Source of the DNA: Chloroflexota bacterium | GTDB taxonomy: Bacteria; Chloroflexota; Limnocylindria; Limnocylindrales; Limnocylindraceae | Direction: 5' to 3' | NCBI GenBank assembly: GCA_026389555.1 | Contig: JAPLHQ010000018.1 | Location: forward strand, 1-52,001 | DNA length: 52,001 nucleotides | Part shown: positions 40,117 through 47,531 of the stretch, one piece after another | Layout of the letters: every line of letters begins with the position of its first letter | Position numbering within the stretch: the first letter of the stretch is position 1 | Translations under genes and position numbers: made by a program | The notes under the pieces: model-generated | The model's input: only the letters and a program-made list of their open reading frames with translations | Told to the model about the DNA's origin: nothing | Database searches by the model: none

Positions 40117-40590
40117 CTACTTCTCTCCGCGCAACGCCTTTGCCATCTGCTCACCGTGATCCAACGGATGCTTCGAATATCCCGTAAGCCAGTCTGCAAT
40201 CGTGAACCTGCCGCGTTCTGTGTGCTCGCCATAGCGCGCAAGATCTTCGTCTTCAAGGTGCTGCAATACGGCGAGTGAGCCAGCTCGCACCGCCGCGAAC
40301 ACTGCTAGCGGAGTTTCAATTGGATCGCGTTCGTATCCGAGTGCAGGGTGTGCGGCCCAGAGACCTTCGTCATACCCCTGAATAATTGAGCCGAGCGGCT
40401 CAGCCACAAGGCGTCGTAGCCGCGCGTATGACTGCGCCTCGCTGTCCGCCAGATGGTGAATCACTTGCCGTGGCGACCACCCTTCCGGGTGCTTCAGGTC
40501 GAGTGTCGCTGGATCAAGCGCGGCAGCCTGCTCAAGAAAGGCGCGGGTTGCAGACTCGTACGCCGCGACGCGTGACGCGTTCAGCTTCAC
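40117..40590 (-). CDS. DinB-superfamily (DinB_2-like) protein
   Basis: 157 aa. Predicted four-helix layout with His residues positioned as in DinB metal triads: VIHHLADSE and a C-terminal HPLDHGEQ. Confidence 0.68.
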   Translation of the reverse strand: MKLNASRVAAYESATRAFLEQAAALDPATLDLKHPEGWSPRQVIHHLADSEAQSYARLRRLVAEPLGSIIQGYDEGLWAAHPALGYERDPIETPLAVFAAVRAGSLAVLQHLEDEDLARYGEHTERGRFTIADWLTGYSKHPLDHGEQMAKALRGEK

Positions 40591-41330
40591 TTCCCTGCCA
40601 CCCAGTTAATCATGTTCGCCATCAGTGGGGCGAAGCCCTCCCACTTCACGAACGGCTCAGGGCACCAGTGCGGTCCAATGTCTGACGTCCAGACGAGCGT
40701 TCGCCCCTTACCAACCTGAGATGCGGCAATCAGCGGATCGCCGTTTACTGACGCGATCAGCGTTGCGCCAGGCTTCAGCTGCACGCGGTTGTAGCCGAGC
40801 AGCGCAGGCATCGTTGTAGAAACGCCTGCGAGCACCGCATGCTTCGCGTCAATGATCTGCGGCACCGCCCCTTCAGGTGTTTCAGCGCGATCATCGTGCG
40901 TGAAGCAGGTCACGGGGAGCACCTCTTCAACTGCGGTGCCAGCGAAGCGTGCCTTCGCCTCAAAGCCCTGGAAGCTGAGGTAGCCGCCCGCCATGATCAG
41001 TGCGCCGCCGCCCTTCACCCACTCGGCGAGAAGCGTCAGTCGGTTCGGCATCGACTTCCCCTGGAGCCACGTCTCGGTTGGCAGGAGGAAGGAGTTCGTT
41101 CCAATGTCGGAGAGGACGATCACGTCGTACGCGTCGAGCCCCTCTTTTGTGAAGGGGAACTTTGCGGGCACGTCGTGTGCGTAGAGCTGCTCAACCTCAA
41201 TGCCTTTGCTTCGGAGCGCTGCGTTGTACCAGTCGGCGCCCGAGTGAAAGGTGACCGAGGTGAAGGAGTCGAACCCCTTGTAGTGTGTTGCCTCGGAAAC
41301 CCATGATTCACCAACGAGTAGGACCTTCAT
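40587..41330 (-). CDS. class-I glutamine-amidotransferase-like protein (GATase1_like/DUF1355-like)
   Basis: 247 aa. MKVLLVGESWVSEATHYKGFDSF, YDVIVLSDIG, GGGALIMAGGYLSFQG and PVT..HDDRAETPEG match my recollection of the roughly 250-aa GATase1_like family. No Cys-His-Glu triad is evident. Confidence 0.5.
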   Translation of the reverse strand: MKVLLVGESWVSEATHYKGFDSFTSVTFHSGADWYNAALRSKGIEVEQLYAHDVPAKFPFTKEGLDAYDVIVLSDIGTNSFLLPTETWLQGKSMPNRLTLLAEWVKGGGALIMAGGYLSFQGFEAKARFAGTAVEEVLPVTCFTHDDRAETPEGAVPQIIDAKHAVLAGVSTTMPALLGYNRVQLKPGATLIASVNGDPLIAASQVGKGRTLVWTSDIGPHWCPEPFVKWEGFAPLMANMINWVAGK

Positions 41331-41347
41331 CGCTCCCCCTTCTGCGC

Positions 41348-42388
41348 TTAACGCGCCTCTTCAAATAGCCGACGCGGATTATCCGTCATCAGCTCGAGTG
41401 ACCGTTCAATCGATACTCCGTGCCGAGCGAGGCGCGGGAGGAAGAACTCAACGATGTGTCCGTATCCCGGGCCTCCGTACGTTCGGAGGAGGCTCTTCAG
41501 GAAGATATCGTGTGACATCAGCACGCGATCCCCATGCCCACGCTCCACGAGGCGGGCGATGTTGCGCGCATCATCATCCCCGCTCGGGCACTGCGCCTGT
41601 TGATCAGCGTAAAAGACCTCCATGCCGATCATGTCGTATTGGATGTACGCGCCGCGGTTGATCAACCTTGATTGATACTCGTAGTCTTCGCCAGAAGGGT
41701 TTGAGTGGCAGAGAACAATGCTCTCCATCGGCACGCCACGGGCGGCGCAGAAGTCGAGCACCTCGTCGCCAAAACGGAACCAGGCTGGCATGTGCACCTG
41801 CATCGGAAGGTGCGTCGCCCGCTGGGCAATACAGGCCGCGGCGAGCGACTTCTTCTCGCGCGCAGTAAAGCTGCTCCCCACGCCAATTTCACCAATGATG
41901 CCGGATCGCACCGCTGTTCCGCGTGCCCCTTCGGTGATATCGCGAATGATCTCATCGGCAATCACCTGCTCGCTCTTTGCATCATTCTCCGCAGGTTGTG
42001 AACCATCAAGGTAGTAACCGGTCCCCATGATGATGTTGAGTCCTGTGGCGCGACTGATCTCGGCGAGCCCCTCTGGGTCGCGCCCGTTACCGTCTGCGCT
42101 CGTCTCAATGATGCTCGTCCCGCCCTGGGCAACAAATCGCTGCAGCTCTTTGATTGCGAGTGCGCGATCCGTCATGGTGCAGTTGTCCTTGTTGACGAAC
42201 GGATCGTGCCGCAACTCCCAGAGGTTCTCCATGGAGACCTTCTCGTCAACGAGTTCGCGCGCACGTGGTGAGTCATCGAGTGGCGCATGCCACCACGAGA
42301 GGACATCGTTAAGGATGTGTTCGTGAGTCAGCGTCAGACCGAGCTGCGCCGAATCAATCGCTCCAGTGACCGTCTGGATCTTGCTCAT
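41348..42388 (-). CDS. php: phosphotriesterase-family (PTE/Php) metal-dependent hydrolase
   Basis: TLTHEHIL is the HxH metal motif. Amidohydrolase TIM-barrel length (346 aa), a late HSNPSG/SHD block, and C-terminal NPRRLF. Confidence 0.85.
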   Translation of the reverse strand: MSKIQTVTGAIDSAQLGLTLTHEHILNDVLSWWHAPLDDSPRARELVDEKVSMENLWELRHDPFVNKDNCTMTDRALAIKELQRFVAQGGTSIIETSADGNGRDPEGLAEISRATGLNIIMGTGYYLDGSQPAENDAKSEQVIADEIIRDITEGARGTAVRSGIIGEIGVGSSFTAREKKSLAAACIAQRATHLPMQVHMPAWFRFGDEVLDFCAARGVPMESIVLCHSNPSGEDYEYQSRLINRGAYIQYDMIGMEVFYADQQAQCPSGDDDARNIARLVERGHGDRVLMSHDIFLKSLLRTYGGPGYGHIVEFFLPRLARHGVSIERSLELMTDNPRRLFEEAR

Positions 42389-43671
42389 CTGCGGAGCGTA
42401 GCGCGGCGGCGGTCGAGCAGGGTGGCGGCGCCCACGCCAACTGCGAGCACGAGTGCGGCCGAGATGAAGATTGGTGTCAGCGCCAAGAGGTCCCCCTCGC
42501 GTGGAGCGCCAGCGAGCGCGGCGAGCGAGGCGGCGGCGAGACCCGCAACATTTCCTGCGTAGAGCGGGAAGAGGGAGAGGCTGAGCGCCGCCGAACGACG
42601 GAGTGGCGTCACGCGCTCAGCAAGCCAGGTGAAGACGGCCGCCTGCAGGAGTGCGGAGACCGCGGCGATCGCCGTGATGCTGACCGCGAGGAGCGGAAGC
42701 GTGGGGGCAACGGCGAGTGAGGCGGCGGCAACAGCACCAACGGCGAATGTGAGCGCGGCACTTCTCGGGATACCAATACGCGAGAAGGTGAGCGCGGCGA
42801 AGAGTGGCGCGATCAACGCGCCGATAAGTGCAGAGAAGCCGATCAGTAGCCCGACCGCGCCAGCAACACCAGGGGCAGCGAGTGGCTCTGGCATTCCACC
42901 AACTGCGGGACCGATCGAAACCTCAGCGATGCGGAGCGGGAGGGCGGGGCGCAGCATCCGCTCACCGGCGATGCCGAGCATCAAGACGAGGTAGCCGGCA
43001 CGCGCGACGGGATCTCGCAGCACATCAGTAATCCCGCGTCGAGCAACCTGCAGCACACTGCCACGTTGTGGCGCAGTTGGGCGCACATCGGGGATCGCCA
43101 CAATGTTCGCAACGATCAAGAGGCCGTTCAGGAGTGCGGCAACGGCGATTGGCGCGGCGAGGGTGAGGCCAAGCCCGCCGATCAGCCATGCGGCGAGGAG
43201 TGGCCCAGCGGCAAAGCCCATCGGTGCTGCGGCGCTAAAGAGCGAGATGACGCGTGCACGCTCGCGCTCTGGTGCCACTTCACGAATCGTGGCAAGCATC
43301 ACGCCAGTGTTGCCGAGCCAGAAGCCGAGCGCCACCGTCGCGCCAACCAACTGCCACGCCTGGTCGGCGAGGGCAAAAGCGATCAGCGCCGCAAGCGCAA
43401 TGAGGCCGCTGCGCACGATGACGAGTCGACGTGATCGCAACTCAGCGATCGCGAGCCAGATCGGCACCTGCGGTGCACCAATCACGAAGAGCCCTGCGAT
43501 TGAGAGACCAGTCAGCGACGCAATCTCGCCGATGGGCACGCCGGCTCGTTCCAGCGCCATGGGGAGATACGAGTAGATCATGCTCACGCCAAAGATTTCG
43601 GCGAACTGCACCGCAATGTAGACGGCAACGATCCGCCGCCACGCTGGATGTCCCGAGCGCTCGCGGCTCAT
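42385..43671 (-). CDS. MFS transporter
   Basis: 428 aa with about 12 hydrophobic helices. 4-nt overlaps with both neighbours. Confidence 0.8.
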   Translation of the reverse strand: MSRERSGHPAWRRIVAVYIAVQFAEIFGVSMIYSYLPMALERAGVPIGEIASLTGLSIAGLFVIGAPQVPIWLAIAELRSRRLVIVRSGLIALAALIAFALADQAWQLVGATVALGFWLGNTGVMLATIREVAPERERARVISLFSAAAPMGFAAGPLLAAWLIGGLGLTLAAPIAVAALLNGLLIVANIVAIPDVRPTAPQRGSVLQVARRGITDVLRDPVARAGYLVLMLGIAGERMLRPALPLRIAEVSIGPAVGGMPEPLAAPGVAGAVGLLIGFSALIGALIAPLFAALTFSRIGIPRSAALTFAVGAVAAASLAVAPTLPLLAVSITAIAAVSALLQAAVFTWLAERVTPLRRSAALSLSLFPLYAGNVAGLAAASLAALAGAPREGDLLALTPIFISAALVLAVGVGAATLLDRRRATLRR

Positions 43672-45212
43672 AGCTCACCTCGCTGCGCGCGTTCTCGAAT
43701 CAACTTCGCCTCTTCAAGAATTGCTTCTCGCACCGCCTCTTTTCTTGTCTCCCACGATCGCACCTGTCGAGCCATGCGCGGGTTCTTTACGAACCGTTCG
43801 GCGTGCCGGTCAATGAAGTCCCAGTAGAGCGTGGTGAACGGACAGGCGCGATCGCCAACAGAGAGCTTTGGATCGTAGAAGCATGTGGTGCAGTCGTCGC
43901 CCATGCGCGAGATATACGCGCCACCAGAGATGTACGGCTTGCTGGTGATCTTCCCGAGGTCTGCATATTGACTCATCGCCACAACGTTTGGTGTTACCAC
44001 CCAAGGGTGCGCATCGACGAATGTCTCAAGAAACCAGGCATCAACTTCTTGGGGGCGCACGCCGATCAGCAGTGCGAAATTTCCAAGAAGCATCAAACGC
44101 TCAATATGGTGCGCATGTCCTCCGCTGATCAGCTTTCGCACCACGCGGGAGAGGCACGCCATCTTCGTCTCACCACTCCAGTAGAACGAAGGGAGCGGCT
44201 CGGTATGGTTCAGTCCGTTTGACGTCTCCCACTCCTGCCAGAATCGGTCGTATGCGTGGTGCATGAATTCACGCCAACCGAGAATCTGTCGGATGAAGCC
44301 CTCAATTGATTGCAGCGGGATCTCGCGAGGGCGCTTGGCGAACTCGTCGAGCGTACGAAGTGCGACCTCGTGTGGCGTCAGGAGGCCCAGGTTGATCGCG
44401 CTCGAGAGAAGTGAGTGATAGAGGTGCTCGTGCTCGCGCGACATTGCATCTTCGTACGGCCCGAATTCCGCCAGACGCTCGGCACAGAATTGCTCAAGCG
44501 CCTCAAGAGCCTGCGCGCGATTCGTCGGCCAACCGAACGAGTCGACGGTTCCAAAGTTTGATGCCGTTTCGGCGCGTGCCTCGTTGATCACCTCCTGCGC
44601 AATCGGTGTTGGAGAGAAGTGCGGCGTGCTCGGTACCGTTGCCCCCTTCGGCAGCCGTTGTCGATTCTCCTGATCAAGGTTCCAGACGCCGCCGAGTGGC
44701 TCATCACCTGCGCCAGGCTCCATCAGCCAACCACGCGCCTTGCGGACGCGGCGGTACCAGAATTCCATGCGGAGCTCCTTCCGCCCGCTCGCAAACTCCT
44801 CCCACTCATCGCGCGTGGTCAGCCAGAGTTCGTTGGGCACAATGCTGAGCTGCACGCTGGTCTTCTTAGCCCATGTCTGCAGCCGAGCAGTGAGTTGCGG
44901 CGCAGAAGGCTCCATCGCGACAAGTTCAGTGATCGGTGATTGACCGTGCGCAGCGGTAAGCCCCTCTTCGTAGGTGGCGGCACGGAGCATCTCAACCTTG
45001 AGGCCACGCGCGCACAGCTCCGCAACAAACTCGCGTCCAGCCGCACGCTGCGCAACCAGCGCCTGCACATGTCTCGGCGCAGACTGCGCGTCGAATGACT
45101 CGATAAACATTAATGACGGTGCGCTGGATGGATCCAGAAGAGCGGCTCGCACCGGGCCCACCTGGTCAGTGAGCTGGTCCGGAAGGATCAGAACGTGCGA
45201 GGAGCCGCTCAC
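43668..45212 (-). CDS. FeS-cluster bacterial cryptochrome/photolyase (FeS-BCP, PhrB/CryB-type, putative (6-4) photolyase)
   Basis: LILPDQL N-terminus, and the cysteines ...MACLS... plus C-T-T-C-x12-C (DDCTTCFYDPKLSVGDRACP). The C-x2-C-x12-C spacing matches the Cys438/441/454 cluster ligands of A. tumefaciens PhrB. GTG 45212 overlaps the DUF2256 TGA stop. ORF-track start 45308 is rejected. Confidence 0.85.
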   Translation of the reverse strand: MSGSSHVLILPDQLTDQVGPVRAALLDPSSAPSLMFIESFDAQSAPRHVQALVAQRAAGREFVAELCARGLKVEMLRAATYEEGLTAAHGQSPITELVAMEPSAPQLTARLQTWAKKTSVQLSIVPNELWLTTRDEWEEFASGRKELRMEFWYRRVRKARGWLMEPGAGDEPLGGVWNLDQENRQRLPKGATVPSTPHFSPTPIAQEVINEARAETASNFGTVDSFGWPTNRAQALEALEQFCAERLAEFGPYEDAMSREHEHLYHSLLSSAINLGLLTPHEVALRTLDEFAKRPREIPLQSIEGFIRQILGWREFMHHAYDRFWQEWETSNGLNHTEPLPSFYWSGETKMACLSRVVRKLISGGHAHHIERLMLLGNFALLIGVRPQEVDAWFLETFVDAHPWVVTPNVVAMSQYADLGKITSKPYISGGAYISRMGDDCTTCFYDPKLSVGDRACPFTTLYWDFIDRHAERFVKNPRMARQVRSWETRKEAVREAILEEAKLIRERAQRGEL

Positions 45213-45310
45213 CTCGCTGCCCGGCAGGCGTCGCTGCAGTACTTCACCTCGTCCCAGACCTTCGCCCAGCGCCGACGCCACGAGAACGGTCGGCCGCACG
45301 ATTTGCACAT
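45209..45310 (-). CDS. DUF2256-type small zinc-ribbon protein (33 aa)
   Basis: MCKSCGRPFSWRRRWAKVWDEVKYCSDACRAAR has a CxxC...CxxxC pattern and the RxxW..W..VKYCS block typical of DUF2256. It is the C-terminal part of ORF 45209..45484. ATG at 45310 lies after the phr stop. Confidence 0.6.
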   Translation of the reverse strand: MCKSCGRPFSWRRRWAKVWDEVKYCSDACRAAR

Positions 45311-45374
45311 CTTCTCGGCGCGGAGGCTCGGCGGTACGTAGCGTGATGTCTTGTGCGCTTGGCGCTTGTCACTG

Positions 45375-46895
45375 TTATTCGCCACGGGGTGCAGGGAGTG
45401 CCTTGACGGCACGTGCGTACGCCTCCAGCGTCCGCGCTCTCGCCTGTGCGTGATCAACCATCGGCTCGGGATAGTGCACGCCAAGCGTGATGCCAGCCGC
45501 TGCGAGCGCAGCGGCGTGCGCCCACGGTGCGTGAATTGCGGGGGCGTTCAGCGCAGCGAGCTCTGGAATCCAGCGTCGAACATACGCGCCATCCGGGTCA
45601 AAGTTTCCCGCCTGCGTGACGGGATTAAAGATGCGGAAGTAGGGTTGCGCATCTGTTCCGCTTCCTGCCGACCACTGCCACCCGCCGTTGTTCGCCGCAA
45701 TATCACCATCAACAAGATGCTGCAAGAAGTGTGCCTCCCCCTTTCGCCAATCAACGAGCAGATCTTTGGTCAAGAATGATGCGGTGATCATGCGCGCGCG
45801 ATTATGCATAAACCCTGTCTCGCGAAGCTGTCGCATGGCCGCGTCCACAATTGGGTAGCCAGTGCGCCCTTCGCGCCAGGCGTTGAAGGGTTCGTCGCGT
45901 TCATCCCACTCGATCGCATCGTATGCAGGCTTCCACGACGATCGCGCCGCATGCGGCGCGTGCCACAGCACCTGTGTGTAGAAGTCGCGCCAGGCAATCT
46001 GGCTCACCCAGAGCCGCTCGCCAGAGCGCTCCCCTTCGCGCTCGGGTGGCAGCGGAAGAAGCCGCGACACGAGCTCGCGCGGCGAAAGGAGTCCAAGATG
46101 CAGCGCCGCAGAGAGTCGACTCGTCCCATCTTCATCCGCAAGGGTGTTGCGTCGCGCGGCATAGCCGTTGGCACCGTTACCGCGTGCGGCGGTGATCCAA
46201 CGTTCGGCGACGGCGCGTGCGGCGTTCTCACCAGGCACGGGGAGAAGGGCAACCTTCGCCGTGGGTTGCGCCGCGCGATCAATCGCAGCAGCGTCAGACT
46301 GCAGCGAGCCAGGAAGCGTGAGTGACGGCGGCGAAGGGAGTCGTGCTGGTGCAGGCAGCGGCGACTCAGTGTTCAGCGCAACGCGTTCGAGCCAACGCCG
46401 AAAGTACGGCGTGTATACCCCGTAGGCGGTTCCGCCGCCAGTGAGCAGTTCATCCGGCTCAACAACGGTCAGACCGCGAGTGGCGTGCACGCTGACACCG
46501 CGCGGGATAAGGAGTTCCGCCACCGCACGGTCGCGCGCGCGGGCATACGGCGTGTGATCGCGAGTGAAGAAGAGCGAGATCTTGGCTGGCGCAATCCCGT
46601 TCGTGGTGAGGTGTTCAATAAGTGCTGGGAGTGCGCTCGTTGCGGGCCCCTGCAACTCCAGCAGCGTGGAGCCACGCGCCTCTAGTTCCTGCGAGAGCTC
46701 GCGCAGGCTCTCGCGCAGGTACCAGGTGCGATTTCCGCTGGCGCGACGACCGGCCATCACTCCCGGCTCCCAGATGAAGATCGGCAGAAGCTTGCCGCCA
46801 CTTGCGCGCGCATCTTCAGCTGCTGCGATCAGCGCTGGATGATCGTGGAGGCGCAGGTCGCGTCGTAGCCAGAGGATCGTCATAGGCTCACTCAT
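45375..46895 (-). CDS. phr: deoxyribodipyrimidine (CPD) photolyase / cryptochrome-DASH family
   Basis: ILWLRRDLRLHDHPAL, and the FAD-binding C-terminal blocks TGYPIVDAAMRQL, GFMHNRARM, NNGGWQW and FRIFNP. Confidence 0.9.
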   Translation of the reverse strand: MSEPMTILWLRRDLRLHDHPALIAAAEDARASGGKLLPIFIWEPGVMAGRRASGNRTWYLRESLRELSQELEARGSTLLELQGPATSALPALIEHLTTNGIAPAKISLFFTRDHTPYARARDRAVAELLIPRGVSVHATRGLTVVEPDELLTGGGTAYGVYTPYFRRWLERVALNTESPLPAPARLPSPPSLTLPGSLQSDAAAIDRAAQPTAKVALLPVPGENAARAVAERWITAARGNGANGYAARRNTLADEDGTSRLSAALHLGLLSPRELVSRLLPLPPEREGERSGERLWVSQIAWRDFYTQVLWHAPHAARSSWKPAYDAIEWDERDEPFNAWREGRTGYPIVDAAMRQLRETGFMHNRARMITASFLTKDLLVDWRKGEAHFLQHLVDGDIAANNGGWQWSAGSGTDAQPYFRIFNPVTQAGNFDPDGAYVRRWIPELAALNAPAIHAPWAHAAALAAAGITLGVHYPEPMVDHAQARARTLEAYARAVKALPAPRGE

Positions 46896-46927
46896 ACGTT
46901 TGCTCGCTCATACGCTTGCTCGCTCAT
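46891..46927. repeat. 16-nt tandem direct repeat (2 full copies plus partial) at the mobA/phr junction
   Basis: CTCATACGTTTGCTCG (46891-46906), CTCATACGCTTGCTCG (46907-46922), then CTCAT. One mismatch between the full copies. Confidence 0.85.
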
Positions 46928-47525
46928 CTGGCGCAGAAGCTGCAAGATCTTCAGCCGTGTCGATATCAGCGAGCGCGCCTCCGAGCGGATCGAGACGCGC
47001 AACGATCCGTGGATCAAGTGGCACTGCAGAGAGTGCGGCGGCAAGGTCGCGGAGACGCGGTAGTGGAGCGAGCGCAACGGCGACGCGCAGCGCACCGAGA
47101 CTCGTTGCGATTGGGAGTGGCTCGCCTGCGGCGATCACCACACTCGACTGCGCTGCGGCCATCAGGCCGAGCAGCAGTGGCGGCGCGAACGGGGCGTCGG
47201 CGGCGAGGATCAGCACGCGTGTCTCATCCGAAAGTACCGCAAGGTGGCTACCTGTCAGAAGATCACGAAGCGACACCGCTGGGCCTTCACCTGGTCGTTG
47301 ATCGGCCACGCACTCTGCGGGAGCGGAGAGCTTCGGTTCGCCGAGCACGATCACGCGGCCAACGGCGGCGGCGAGCGTCTCGTATGCAGCGTCTGCAACA
47401 GCAACTCCAGCGAGCTCTGGTCGCCCGCGCAGCTCTGCAAGCGCGGCAGGAATGTGCGCCTCCAACTTACCGGCGGGAAACCGCGAACTTGCACCCCCAG
47501 CGAGGAGGATGCCAATCGCACTCAT
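46908..47525 (-). CDS. mobA: MobA-like molybdenum cofactor guanylyltransferase / NTP-transferase
   Basis: N-terminus GILLAGGASSRF and the LILAADAPF block. Sits directly downstream of a molybdopterin oxidoreductase. Confidence 0.65.
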   Translation of the reverse strand: MSAIGILLAGGASSRFPAGKLEAHIPAALAELRGRPELAGVAVADAAYETLAAAVGRVIVLGEPKLSAPAECVADQRPGEGPAVSLRDLLTGSHLAVLSDETRVLILAADAPFAPPLLLGLMAAAQSSVVIAAGEPLPIATSLGALRVAVALAPLPRLRDLAAALSAVPLDPRIVARLDPLGGALADIDTAEDLAASAPDERASV

Positions 47526-47531
47526 CTCTGC

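Noticed and set aside
45213-45308. First 32 codons of the FeS-BCP ORF as listed
   Set aside because: This stretch overlaps the conserved DUF2256 peptide in another frame. GTG at 45212 gives the canonical photolyase N-terminus and a GTGA coupling with the upstream stop.
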